The position numbers and the translations under genes are program-made. This document shows positions 1 through 12,070 of a DNA stretch of 64,000 bases, in pieces. The DNA lies in the NCBI RefSeq assembly GCF_032444005.1, contig NC_091289.1, positions 172,360,001-172,424,000 on the forward strand, given 5' to 3'. Position 1 is the stretch's first letter. Each line of letters begins with the position of its first letter. Source of the stretch: Ranitomeya imitator. Taxonomy: Eukaryota. Below the pieces are notes generated by a model, which saw only the letters and a list, made by a program, of their open reading frames with translations, ran no database searches and had not been told where the DNA came from.

Positions 1-476
1 CCTGGGAAGGTTCATCGCTGTTCTATATTTTCAACATTTGTGGATAAAGGCTCTCTCTGTGGTTCGCTGGAGTCCCAAAGCTTTAGAAACTGCTTTTTAA
101 CCTTTTCCAGACTGATGGATCTCAATTATTTTGTTTCTCATTTGTTCCATAATTTCTTTGGATTGCGGCATGATGTCTAGCTTTTGAGGATCTTTTCGTC
201 TACTTCACTGTGTCAGGCAGGTACTATTTAAGTGATTCCTTGATTGAGAACAGGTGTGGCAGTAATCAGGCTAGGAAATTTGAACTCAGCTTCCCAAAAA
301 TGTGATAAACCACAGTTAATTTATGTTTTAAGGGGGGATCACATTTTCACACAGGGCACTGTAGGTTTGGATTTCTTTTTCCCTTAATAATACAGACTTT
401 TATTTAAAAACAGCATTTTGTGATTACTTGTGCTATCTTTGTCTGATATTTAAATTTGTTTGGTGCTCTGAAACAT
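1..476 (-). mobile_element. Tc1/mariner element, left part with decayed transposase N-terminus (runs off the window start)
   Basis: Reverse strand from ATG at 171 reads MPQSKEIMEQMRNKIIEIHQSGKG*KAVSKALGLQRTTERAFIHKC*KYRTAMNLPR, a Tc1 paired-like HTH with two stops. Confidence 0.8.
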
Positions 477-480
477 TTAA

Positions 481-645
481 AGGGACTCTGTCACCTGAAT
501 TTGGAGGGAACAGTTTTCAGCCATAGAGGCGGGGTTTTCGGGTGTTTGATTCACCCTTTCCTTACCCGCTGGCTGCATGCTGGCTGCAATATTGGATTGA
601 AGTTCATTCTCTGTCCTCCGTAGTACACATGCCTGCACAAGGCAT
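481..645. mobile_element. Truncated T2/Kolobok-type MITE end
   Basis: TTAA (477-480) followed by an AGGGACTCTGTCACC terminus; no second end found. Confidence 0.45.
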
Positions 646-1032
646 CATCGATATACCAAACTAACCTATTGCTGCTCTTCAATGCTGTGTCCCCGCCGAT
701 CTTCTGCCTTCCGCTTCCATCAGGGAATATTACATGATTACTGCAGCGACATCAAATTGTTAAAAGAAAGATTGTAATTGTAGAATGTGTTGCTGTCAGT
801 GCGAATTTCTATGGAGGCGACTTCAGATCTAGTAATGATTCACCGTCTGCTCAGTTAGATTACTGCAATAACGGTAACAGGAATCAGAATTCAACTTTTG
901 CAAATTTAAAGGATTCGTTGGTTTTATCAGACCAATGTTTTTCTTTGTATAATAAAAAGGATTACAATTTTGATACTTTATAGATCAACTTTTCATAGCA
1001 TATAAATTATGAAGAGTTGATATATAAAGTAC

Positions 1033-1258
1033 AGCGGCTCAGTGGTTAGCAACACTACAGCCTTGAAGTGCTGGGGTCCTGGCTTCAAATGCCACCGAGG
1101 ACAATACCTGCAAAGAGTTTGTATGTTCTCCCGTATTTGCGTAGGTTTCCTCCATGTTCTCCGGTTTCCTCCCACATTCCAAAGACATACTGATAGGGAA
1201 TTTAGATTGTGAGCCCCAATGTGGACAGCGATGACATAACCAAAGCATAATAAATAAT
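1033..1258 (+). mobile_element. tRNA-derived SINE (V-SINE-like)
   Basis: A-box-like GGCTCAGTGGTTAGC, degenerate B box, central V-domain-like block GAGTTTGTATGTTCTCCCG...GGTTTCCTCC...CCGGTTTCCTCCCACATTCCAAAGACAT, and a TAA-rich tail. Confidence 0.8.
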
Positions 1259-4066
1259 CTGACTTGTTTCTATGTAACTTGTGCTTTGATTTTCTCGCAC
1301 TGGACAGTCCTGATTTTTGACCTAGGTCTGCGGTTTTATCCCTTCACCGACCTCCTGATTCTAACCTGGCTATCTAGCCACTCTTTTGCCCCTGGATCGC
1401 TCCTACGGATGGAGTGAAAGCAATCCAAGGGACCCCGTTTTAAGTCAAGATCCCTGTACATGGGTTAGGATTGAAGGGTGGGGTTCCTCTGGAATTTGCC
1501 ATGCGGAGTGGCTCGCGCCAAGTCTGTCCGTGGTAGCCTTTTTTGTCCTGCAGCCTCTGACAGACATAACAATACAGGAAAGAAATATATCTTGGTACCG
1601 TGTTAGCCAGTAGATAGAAAAATACGTTCAATTCTACTCTACTCTACTCTCAATTCTAAATATTAGACATAACAATGGCATTTTGATTGAAAATATTATA
1701 AATATGCAAAAATTAGGTTGTTTTCCCTCTCAAAAATCATTACAACGTGCCGACTACTAAGTGTCAACCATCTTACTAACTTGCTATTTTCAACCTCAAG
1801 TGAAATCCATCCCTAGCAGCAGAGAGATCAAGACAGAAGCTCCGCTCCTGCTCTCCTGTCTGTCAAATTGCATACAAGCATTAGGGAATGGAAGGGTTTC
1901 AGTTCAGGACAGGCAAGCGATTAGACAAAGAGGAAAGCAACGCCTGCTGGAAAATGCAGGAATAAAAGTTCCAGCACTTCTGGTACTGGGAGAATGCTAA
2001 TAAATAGGAACCACCCATTCATAAATAGTGGATGGCAAATTACCAATTACAGACCAAATTTTGTTTCTTTGTGGTGGCACAACAAGGTAACATGGTGAAA
2101 TTTTCATCCATAGTATGCTGGAAACTTTCCAATTTTTCACATAATTTTTTTTATTTAACCGGGTATTTATGAAAATTTTGGAGAGTTCTTTTGTCGAAGG
2201 AGGCAATGTTTTCCAATATTCGCTAATGCAAGGTTGACAAGATTCCAGCTGATTGCTGAGGTGACGACCCCACATGTGGTCCAATGTAACCACAGCCAAA
2301 CATGTTGCTCTGTGATGGGAGATCCTTTTTTTATTTCATTTTTTTTATTCTCCTATCAAAGCTTTCCTGGAATCTTGAAGGTAAATCAGATGGAGAAAGA
2401 GATGAGACATGGGAGCAGTTGTATGGGTGTAATAATGAAGAAAACCCTGGCCTGACGGTGAGTCAGAAAGAGTTTCATAAAAGGTGTAATGAGAATGACA
2501 GATCCCGTCACACTATAGAGGCGGCTCAGGAAGGTTATTAATGTACACACAGAGTGCTGTCAGTCTCTAATGTCACTTCAAAGGAGGAAAATATCAAACA
2601 ACTAAGGCATCGTATTTGTAATATTCTAATAATTTGGAAAACCCAAGAAATCAAAAGTTAATATTCCTAATTCTTCGATGACAGAACAATAATATTGAGC
2701 CAATACTTGAGAATAGAGGTGATTTATTAGTGCCAAAATTGAGCCAAAATTATTGGGGCAAAGTAAGCTAATCAATAGATTGTATAAACGAGACAGTCTA
2801 AAAAGCACCGAATTTGACCATACACTACTTAATTGAAACTGTCTAGTTTTAGTTTAGGATGGGGAAATCTACTCAACTATATAGTACATATACACCAAAG
2901 TGTGCATCACATATTGTAGCTAGAAGAGGTAGATGTCACCCAAACCACTGGTGCATAAAGGGACCCAAAGGCAAAAAAAGGCCCTCACAAATCAAATGCC
3001 GCATCAATGACACCTGAAGATAAGAGATTCATAGAACTCCCATCTACCGATTTGAATGCTGGATCGGAGTCCCGCAAATCAATCTGCTCCTCTCTAATTG
3101 TAGAGTATTATAAAAGCAAAAAAATAGAAAAAAGTGTAAATTCAGCTCACAACGTCTGTGATAGTCAAGCATCCCCGGAAACTTCCAGGGTAGACAATCT
3201 GTGGTCTGGATGTGAGGCATGGGGTATGACTCAGCATTGATGTTTAGGACATCATTGCATTCAGCTGCAGGAGAGGAGAGCTAGCTGTCAGAGACAGATC
3301 GTCCTTACACTGAATGTGCTGTGTATACAGTTTAGAAATACAAACATCAATCCCTACTCCAGTTCCAGCAATCATGTGACTGTTGGGTCTCTGCAGTGCA
3401 GGTAGGGAGCAGAATTTGCCCTGTAACTGAGGCTTATATGCTAGCACCAGTTACAGGGGAAATCTGCAATAATAAAAATATATTTTGGTGTTGAAATTCT
3501 CCCCAGATTTGACAATGAAAGACTATGGGCCAATAAAATTTAAAAAATTGGACGGCACTCGTATGCCATCCGTGTTCACTCCATTTTTCTCTTCACCTTT
3601 GGTATTTTACTTTCATCATTTTTTTCCTTTCCTTGATTGTTTTCCTCCCTTCCCTTAGTTAATTAGTATATCATGTGATTCCTAATTCCTCTTGGATTCA
3701 TCCACAGTGGTGCAAGGGGGAAATTAGTTGACATCTATTTGTGCGCCCCTAATCTTGGGATGTGTGCATATGGTTGTGTTCCTCTCTGAGGGTGCCCTTT
3801 CTTTTCTTCAGCTCACTCTCAACTTCAAACTAGCTCCTAAAATCAGGAACTCACACACTAGCCCCGATAAACCTTCCTCAATTATGGGCCAGCCCTACAG
3901 TTAACCCTGTCACCCGTAACTAACAGGAACTACAGCCTCCAGAAGGCTAAAACATGGAATTCAATACAATTAGCACACAATAAAACAACAGGGGTCTTCA
4001 GAGGGGTGTCTCACCATCTTCTCCACGTTTACAGTGGTATTTAGGATTGATTAAAAAAATGTTGCC

Positions 4067-4199
4067 ATCAGGCTTTGATAAAGAACACCGGAATGTGTTT
4101 GAAATTCGCTGATTTTTTGTTTTCACACTTAACATATACTTTTTGGAATATTATTTTTAATGATTGAATAAACTTGGATTTTTTTATCCAGAAGCTGGA
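4067..4199 (+). mobile_element. Penelope-like pseudo-LTR remnant with a degenerate hammerhead motif
   Basis: Hammerhead-like fold at 4067-4113, then the AATAAA(4167)...AAGCTGGA(4192) tail also seen at 7567-7599 and, on the minus strand, at 10614-10644. Confidence 0.5.
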
Positions 4200-5385
4200 A
4201 CGTTTTTCCCTTTTTCCTGCAGTTGCCTACGTACAGTCAATATATGGTTCTGTCCATGATGGACTCCACCGTGAGCTGGCATTTTTCTTTTTTTTCCATT
4301 TTTCACTAACTGATAGAATCTTGAGAAACCTCTGTTCCTATATTTTTTCATCCGAGAAACATTGATGAGGCTCTGACCAAACTCTGATGGCAAAAACTGA
4401 GACATTGATCAAACACTGATGAAACTCATTGTTTTTTTTGCGCATAAGAAAAATCACTGACGTCTGAATGAGGCCTAATATGATAGACGAGAAGAAAAAA
4501 AAATTGCTTTCCTTGCAAGTGCCGACTTCACACTTATGAGCTGAATCATTCCTGCTGTAAAGAGAAGGATTCTGATAAGTTATATATTACGAAAATGATA
4601 ATAACTGAAAGTTTAATGGAAGAGGACAATCACTTTATAATAGGATTTAATAGAACATATGATGGGGTAGAAGAAAGTGAGTCATGAATTTCAATTATAA
4701 TAAAAGTCTCTTTTGAATCTTTTCACAATTATTAGTATATTTTAAGCAGTATTTGTTACAAGTGGACATTACGGTATATTGAAGTTCATTCAATAAAGAA
4801 AACATTGAGTTGGAAAATGGCATCCCACTGTGGTCCATCATTCTCTTCCTCATAGTTTTTGATTTTTATTCATATTTCATGTCTGATATTCGCGGTCTGA
4901 GTATGGATCGCGATGTCCAGAGCGACCGCAGATCTCCTACCTGAAATCAATAAAATCATATATGTATTGAGTTCAGGTCAGGATAATTTTCTTTGAATGA
5001 AAGTATTTTGCTTGTTGCCAATTTATGACCACATACGGTATGTAATTTTTTCTAATAAAATAACAAAATATAGACTTAGAAATATTTAAATATGGTCTCA
5101 AACTAGTTATGACTAATCTACATATTGATATTAGTCATATCTGATTATTTAGTCAATTGGATAATTGTTAAATGTTTTTTAGAGCTTCATAGAGTGACTT
5201 CTGCCATATAAGTGTGTGGCAATAGTTGTTCAACCTTCTTTTGTAAAATTCAAGACTATTGAAATTTTGAGTCACGATCCTTGTGGGAGCGTTAAAGTAG
5301 ATATATTTTTTCTATACATAACTTATAAAAACTTGAAAAACTTATATTTACTGGTAATATTTATCTTAGTTTTAAGGTTAAACAT

Positions 5386-6113
5386 TGTTACTCTCCCGTC
5401 CTTGCTCCATTGCTGGGCGCTACATTCCTTCTATTGTCTCTTGTCTCATCCGGCTCTGTCGGCTCTTCTGTGCATTGACTTACCATGATAATCTGGAAAG
5501 CTCCTGTGATGTCACTTTTAGGCCAGTTCAAGTGATGGGGCGCTGCCTGAGTATTCAGGTAGTTAGCATCCACGCCATTACATTGGACTGCTTCATTGTT
5601 CCAGGATTGCAAGATCTGCTTGACAAACCCAGCTCTATTACATCATTGAGTACTCTAGTATACTGCTAGCCAGTTCTGCCTTGGACTTGAAACAAATCTA
5701 GCTCTGCTATGTTGCCGGGTACTCTGCTTCAATAATGGTCATTTCTGCTCTGTGACAAACTTAGCTCTGCTATATCACTTAGTCAACTCTGCCATGCCAC
5801 TCCCAACTCTGCATTGGACTCTGTGACAAACTCAGCTCTGCCATGTTGCTGAGTCAACTCAGTTAACTCTGCTTCACCATCGATCCAGTTCTACCTAAGA
5901 AACTTCCTATGTAAATCGACTCTAATAAATTAGACTCTTATCTAAGTCTCCTCTGCCTCCTCCTGAACTATATCTCTGTTACGCCTGTTGTCATCTTCTC
6001 TACTCTGCTTCATCAGCTCTTGTGATTCCTGTTTGCTCCTCTTGTTGCCATTCAGCCACTAACAAATCAGTTGGACCTCTTTACTGCACCATCATCTGCC
6101 ATGCGCCATAACA
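5386..6113. mobile_element. Probable solo LTR remnant
   Basis: TGTTA...TAACA inverted termini around a ~730-bp segment; no matching target-site duplication (TSD). Confidence 0.35.
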
Positions 6114-7104
6114 ACTGTTAATCCGCAACAAAGGCTTCAAGGAACCACTCTTTTAGGTGAGACATAACCAACAGCAAAACCATGTCTATAGGATATAGTA
6201 GGACAACTTCTAGATAATCTTTTGCTGCATGAGATCTATTTTTGTGAGTTATTAAATGACCAGGGACTGGAAGATATGGTGTGTAGAAAACAACAGGGCA
6301 CATTGTCTTTAAGAAACCTTTTTTAGATGCTTGGTGGCCATAAATTAACTGGTTCATGCACAAAGGTTTACCAAAAGATTACAGTGTACTGTTTGTCAAC
6401 CAATATCTTAGATGTCCTCAAAGTAGGCACGTCTTAAACAGGCAGTAAAGATGTATGGTTGGTTGAGTGGATAGAGGGAAGGTGCTATGGATGGATGAAT
6501 ATATGGATGAATGAATGGTCAGGTATTGATCTCACAGGGTAAAACCAACCTGGAGATTTATCCAGTACACACTATTTATCACATGGAATCTGAGACCAAA
6601 ATCAATCATTGAACACTTGGTGGATGAGATTTATCGTTGAATGCAGTGAATGATTTATTTTCTGTAACTATCAGCCTAACTACCAGACGCCAGGATGTTT
6701 TCTGCTAATCTCAGCCTTCCTTCTGTGAATGTTATATACTTCTTAAACCTCCAGGGCAAAGACCTTCGTCCAGTGTATAAATAAATGGATAAATTGATGG
6801 ACAGGCGTAAGAAAAGGTCAGAGAGATCAATAGCAATTATTTGTTTCTTCTTAATCTACCTTTCTTACTGTAAGTGCAAAATATAAAAAAAGAAAAAATG
6901 TATTGTTTAGCCGCCTGGTGATCGATCTGCCTATGTTAAGCTTTAATAACAATCTTTTTTTTTTTTTTTTGCATTGTTTTCATTTACAAAGCGTTTTTTA
7001 TTTTTTCATTCGAAATATAGCCTTTTTTTTGGGTGGCTTATAAGTTGTTTGCTTTTTTTTTGGGTGGTACATAATAAAGTGTATAACTTTAGAACTGTAT
7101 AACT

Positions 7105-7405
7105 TTTAATCAGCCGATCAGCTGTTCCCGATGTCATCCAGGTCCGCTCAGTTACAGAGCTGCATAGCACAGCTACGTCAACGATATAGTGGCCGCAGTC
7201 TGGTACTGAACAGCCGCCTCCTATTCAAATCAATAAGGGGTGGATGTGCTGTACCTGGCTGAGGCCACTATCCCGTCGATGGAGCTGTGCTGAGTAGCTT
7301 CGTAATTGAGGAGTGATGGCATCCGACACCAGGAGCAGCTGATCAGTGGGGACGCTAGGTGTCACACCCCACTAATCAGACATTGATGACCAATTCAAAC
7401 AATAG
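7105..7405. mobile_element. Palindromic MITE fragment (T2/Kolobok-like)
   Basis: Imperfect internal inverted repeat (GCACAGCT...ATAGTGGCC / GGCCACTAT...AGCTGTGC); boundaries approximate. Confidence 0.4.
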
Positions 7406-7454
7406 GTCATGAGTGTTAAAGTAGTAGACAACCTCTTTAAAAATTTCAGTTTGA

Positions 7455-7500
7455 AACTGAGGACTAAGAGCACTATAAAGTGTTCGAAACGCGTCCAGTT
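7455..7500 (+). ncRNA. Minimal type I hammerhead ribozyme motif in a Penelope pseudo-LTR remnant (variant core, probably mutated)
   Basis: AACTG-AGGACTA-A-GAGCAC(TATAAA)GTGTTC-GAAA-CGCG-TC-CAGTT: stem I 5 bp, stem II 6 bp, palindromic ACGCGT stem III, GUC triplet; followed by the AATAAA...GAGCTGGA tail. Confidence 0.6.
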
Positions 7501-8719
7501 ATTCAAGACATTCCTTCCTCCAGTATGCACTGGTTTTTCAAGCAGCTTACTTTTTAAATCTGTCCAAATAAAGACTTTTGATTTTATTCCTGAGCTGGAT
7601 ACCTTCATTTTCATGCCTAAATATGGACAACCACTTCTAATAGAATTTGCTTCTGTTTTCTCAATGGACAATAAATTGTACAAATGAACTATATCTGTCT
7701 TAATGACAGCGTAAAATTGTTTACCAATTTGTTGAAAAATACGTTTCACAGATATCTGCTGTTTCCGATGTTGGTTTGAACAGTAAAGTTGTCAATCAGA
7801 ATGATTGATTATGAATCTGCAGATAATTTTATCATGTTTAATCATCTTTAAAAACCTTTTAGTTCAGGCTCCAGCAATTCATCCGTGTTCTGTGTTGTCA
7901 CGCTCTTTGCCATCAATGATTTCTGGACCTGTAGCTCGTATTATCAATGAGTCACAGAGTCTAGAAATGTAATGGGATCAGTGTTCTGTACAGCCTGTTC
8001 TCTACACTATGCATTACCTAAAAAAAATAATCACTGATATTTTCATGTTAACCTATAAGCCTGTGATGGGATTACATGAAATCACAAATGTAAAAGGAAC
8101 TCGTCATTGCAGTTCTGAGGTTCCAATTTATTTTTTTTCTTTTTACTATGTTAACAATTTAGCTTAACCCCTTAAACCCCAAGGGTGGTTTGCACGTTAA
8201 TGACCAGGCCAATTTTTACAATTCTGACCATTGTCCCTTTATGAGGTTATAACTCTGGAACGCTTCAACGGATCCTGATGATTATGACACTGTTTTCTCG
8301 TGACATATTGTACTTCATGATAGTGGTAAAATTTATTTGATATTACTTGCGTTTATTTGTGAAAAAAATGGAAATTTGGCGAAAACTTTGAAAATTTTGC
8401 AATTTTCCAAATTTGAATTTTTATACCCTTAAATAACAGAGATATGCCACACAAAATACTTAATAAGTAACATTTCCCACATGTCTACTTTACATCAGCA
8501 CAATTTTGGAACCAAAATTTTTTTTGTTAGGGAGTTATAAGGGTTAAAAGTTGACCAGCAAGTTCTCATTTTTACAACACCATTTTTTTTAAGGACCACA
8601 TCACATTTGAAGTCACTTTGAGGGGTCTATATGATAGAAAATAACCAATTGTGACACCATTCTAAAAACCGCACCCCTCAAGGTGCTCAAAACCACATTC
8701 AAGAAGTTTATTAACCCTT

Positions 8720-9551
8720 TGCTAGGAGTCGAGTTTCCTCTGCTGCACAGGGGGAATCTCGATCCGTGTCTGCTGCGGTCTCCCATTCGGTATCGGCCGC
8801 AGTGGGCTCTGCTCAGCGGAGATGTCGCTCCCAGCGTCTCGCTGGGGCTGATTCGGTGCATAGGGTCACTACTGCCTTTTCTGGCTTTCCTATGGTACCC
8901 TGCACTGATCTGCGGCGAGCGAGCCTCTCTGGGACTAAGTCCTTGTTTACTCACACTGAGCATGCCCAGGGCAGGGTCTCCCATTGGAGGTCGAGGGCCA
9001 CATGTTCGGTCACATGCTCAGGTGCTGCAGTACATTCCATTGGTCCTTCTGGAAGGTCCTGAAAGGGCAAAACATGCTCAGGTACTGCAGCACTTTCCAT
9101 TGGTCCTTCTGGAAGGTCCTGAAAGGGCAAAAACTTCAGTAGCAGCTTCCTGTGCTGCAACTATATAAACTGCGCATGACCGCACGGCCATGCGCTAGTA
9201 TCGTCTTATGCTATATGCTTTGCGCCAATGTGGTCATGTGTTTGAATGTGTTCAGGGACCCGGCTGAAATAAGCCCCTAGAATGCTGGCATCTCCGGCGA
9301 GGAGTTTTGTATGCATGCATGACCACTCACTGCTCACATCTGGGTAGTTGGCCTGTGCCTCTGTGAAAGTCTAACAGGGCACAGAGCTTTCCTCTCGCGG
9401 TTACTCTGTGAAGCTAACAGAGTTGGTATATACCGCCATATAGAGCCGCCATTATTTAGCAGCAGGTGCTTTCCTGCACGGTGGATCCCGGGTTGCGAAC
9501 GCACCAATTCCATTTAAATTATATATTTGGTGCCTTCCGCCAACGCTAACA
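8720..9551 (+). mobile_element. Solo LTR (832 bp) with a 5-bp TSD
   Basis: TG...CA termini flanked by CCCTT (8715-8719 and 9552-9556); host element resumes seamlessly; TATATAAA at 9162-9169; 60-bp tandem duplication at 9012-9131. Confidence 0.85.
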
Positions 9552-10130
9552 CCCTTCAGGTGTTTCACAGGAATTTTTGAAATGTTTAAAAAAAAAATGA
9601 ACATTTAACTTTTTTTCACAAAAAATTTACTTCAGCTCCAATTTGTTTTATTTTACCAAGGGTAACAGGAGAAATTGGACCCCAAAAATTGTCCTGAGTA
9701 TGCCGATACCCTATATGTGGGGGTAAACCACTGTTTGGGCGCATGGCAGAGCTCGGAAGGGAAGGAGCGCCATTTGACTTTTCAATGCAAAATTGACTGG
9801 AATTGAGATCGGATACCATGTTGCGTTTGGAGAGCCACTGATGTTCCTAAACATTGAAACCCCCCCACAGGTGACAACATTTTGGAAAGTAGACCCCCTA
9901 AGGAACTTATCTAGATGTGTGGTGAGCACTTTGACCCACCAAGTGCTTCACAGAAGTTTACAATGCAGAAGTGATCTTCTTGCCCCCAATTTTTTATTTT
10001 CCCAAGGGTAACAGTAGAAATTAGACCCCAAAAGTTGTTGTGCAATTTGTCCTGAATACGCTAATACCCCATATGTGGGGGTAAACCCCTGTTTGGGCGC
10101 ATGGCAGAGCTCGGAAGGGAAGGAGCTCCA

Positions 10131-10582
10131 TGTAACAATTATAGTGGAACACTCAGGAATCTCTTGGCTTGAGACAAATAAGGCAGCAGAACCAAAGTAA
10201 AGTGTAAAGTCTGTATAATTCAATAAACACAGGTGCAAGGCGTGAGCAAGTACAAAACACAGCAAACAAGGTGATATCAGGAGAAGATACTTTGCAGCTC
10301 TGCTGCAGGCAGAGTCAGTGTTTATATGCACAAACGTGGGTGAAGCATGTGAATGGTAAACAAAGTCCTTCTTAGGAGTAGTTCATTTGCAGCTCCACTA
10401 CGGGCAAAGTCTTATGGGTGTGGCACTCTCTGGAGTAAAGCATATCATAGAACACAGTTCATACCAGGGTTCGCAGTCACTAGAAAAGACTCCTGAAGCA
10501 GAGCAGAGCTTTGAGTTCAGAAACAGTGAAATAAACTGGCAACCGATACCAAACTAGATAGCTGCAGCAGGTAGAGCTTACA
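10131..10582. mobile_element. LTR-like insertion
   Basis: TGTAA...TTACA inverted termini interrupting the piggyBac-like element; flanks (CTCCA/TGTCC) do not form a TSD. Confidence 0.45.
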
Positions 10583-10704
10583 TGTCCACGGAAGATGAGG
10601 AAAAAGTGAATACTCCAGCTTCTAAAATCTTGAAATGCTTTATTAGTGCATATAAATATAGCGTGATTAAAATCCTTGCTCACAGGTGGATGCAGTCATG
10701 AGGA

Positions 10705-10745
10705 TAGACAACGCGTTTCGATCTATGCGATCTTAATCATGTCTA
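10705..10745 (-). ncRNA. Minimal type I hammerhead ribozyme (A3-U8 core variant)
   Basis: Reverse strand: TAGAC-ATGATTA-A-GATC(GCATA)GATC-GAAA-CGCG-TT-GTCTA. Stems I and II pair perfectly, stem III is the palindrome ACGCGT; sense to, and downstream of, the GIY-YIG ORF. Confidence 0.75.
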
Positions 10746-10880
10746 ACAGCATATGAGCATTGCCAGTATTCATAGTACTAAGAAACCAATCACTATAAGT
10801 TTCACAGTCACATGACTGAGAAGTCGCAGGTCCTACCATGTAACAATAAAACTATCGTAAGTATAAATAATAAAAACTAT

Positions 10881-11172
10881 TTAACAATAATGATATAATA
10901 TTTCGTTTTTCTTATTTAAACCTAACAGTGATCTCGTTTGTAAAGTGTATATCCAATACGCCTCCTTAGTTAGGAGGCGTCTTTTGATATCCCCACCACG
11001 ATTTGAGCATTTAACCAATTCTATGCCCTGGACAGACATAGCTGCAATATTACCTCCGTGGCAAGTAGCAAAATGTTTGGCAACCATAGATACATTTCTA
11101 TTACCTCCGTTGAAATTACTTGTATCTCTTATGTGTTCAGAGATTCTTGTTTTGAGCTTTCTTGTGGTGCCC
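10881..11172 (-). pseudogene. Penelope GIY-YIG endonuclease C-terminal fragment
   Basis: GTTRKLKTRISEH...GIELV...RGGDIKRRLLTKEAYWIYTLQT...GLN. The upstream part of the listed ORF is unrelated piggyBac-like sequence. Confidence 0.85.
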
Positions 11173-11711
11173 TGTTCCCGGCCCTTGCTCTGAGCAGGCG
11201 CTTGAAAGCCACCTCCCTGCAGGACCCGGAAGGCCCCCCACGGCCATTTTGGATCCGGGGCTTGCAGGGAGGAGGAAGTAGGAGACCCTCGGAGCAATGC
11301 GATCACATCGCGCTGCTTCGAGGGTCTCAGGGAAGCACGCAGGGAGCCCCCTCCTGCACGATGCTTCCCTGTGCCGCCTAAACACTGCGATCATGTTTGA
11401 TTGCAGTGTTCCAAGGGTTAATGTGCCGGGAGCGGTCCGTGCCGGATGTCAGCTGTAATAATCAGCTGACACCCAGCGGCGATCGGCTGCGCTCCCCCCG
11501 TGAGCGTGGCCGATCGACTATGACGTACTATCCCATCACTGGGAATTAAGTCACAGGTCACCTCGACGGGATAGTACATCATATGGGATTAAGGGGTTAA
11601 TTGATGTTATATTTTCTGAGATTGGACTTTTATCGATGCAACAAAACAACATTTTTTCATTTCTTTAATTTTTTACTGGGAAAATGTAGGGGGATGATTC
11701 ACAAATATATA

Positions 11712-12070
11712 CCGTATATACTTGTGTAGAAGCCGACCCGAGTATAAGCCGAGGCACCTAATATTGCCTTGAAAAACTGGGAAACCTTATTGACTCAAGT
11801 ATAAACCGGGTATACATTGTCTGCATGGCTCCTCATCCCCATCCTTGTATTCCGGTGTAATCTAGCTCTGCATATCGCCATCTTGTCCACACGATCAGTT
11901 GCCACAGACCCTGCCCGCTGCCCTTCCCTAGTTTGGGTAGGTCCAGGTTCCCTTCTGCGGTCCAGTGGGTCCACATTCTGTTCCCACCTAGGATGCTCGC
12001 CCCACGTCGTTGTGGTCTGGTGACGTGGGGGCGTTGGCTGGGCCGTGTCTGCGGTTGCAGTGGTTATATT
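11712..12070. mobile_element. Pogo/Tigger-like non-autonomous fragment
   Basis: TA|CCGTATATACT...AAGCCGACCCGAGTATAAGCCGAG terminus with repeated TATAAGCCG motifs; right boundary approximate. Confidence 0.5.

Larger units (their letters stand above)
10583..11175 (-). mobile_element. 5'-truncated Penelope-like retroelement (3' end of GIY-YIG endonuclease ORF plus pseudo-LTR)
   Basis: GIY-YIG C-terminal peptide, downstream hammerhead motif and AATAAA...AAGCTGGA tail, all on the minus strand. Confidence 0.85.
8168..11596. mobile_element. Non-autonomous piggyBac-like element with three nested insertions
   Basis: TTAA|CCCCTT (8164-8173) ... AAGGGG|TTAA (11591-11600); internal direct repeats (~9650-9780 vs ~10000-10130); subterminal hairpin near the right end; no transposase. 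Confidence 0.8.

Noticed and set aside
1033-1110. tRNA gene
   Set aside because: Degenerate boxes, no cloverleaf, and it continues into a V-SINE body.
7457-7463. CTGAGGA read as a canonical CUGANGA hammerhead core
   Set aside because: In that register stem I cannot close and four extra bases precede stem II; the register shifted by three bases pairs fully.
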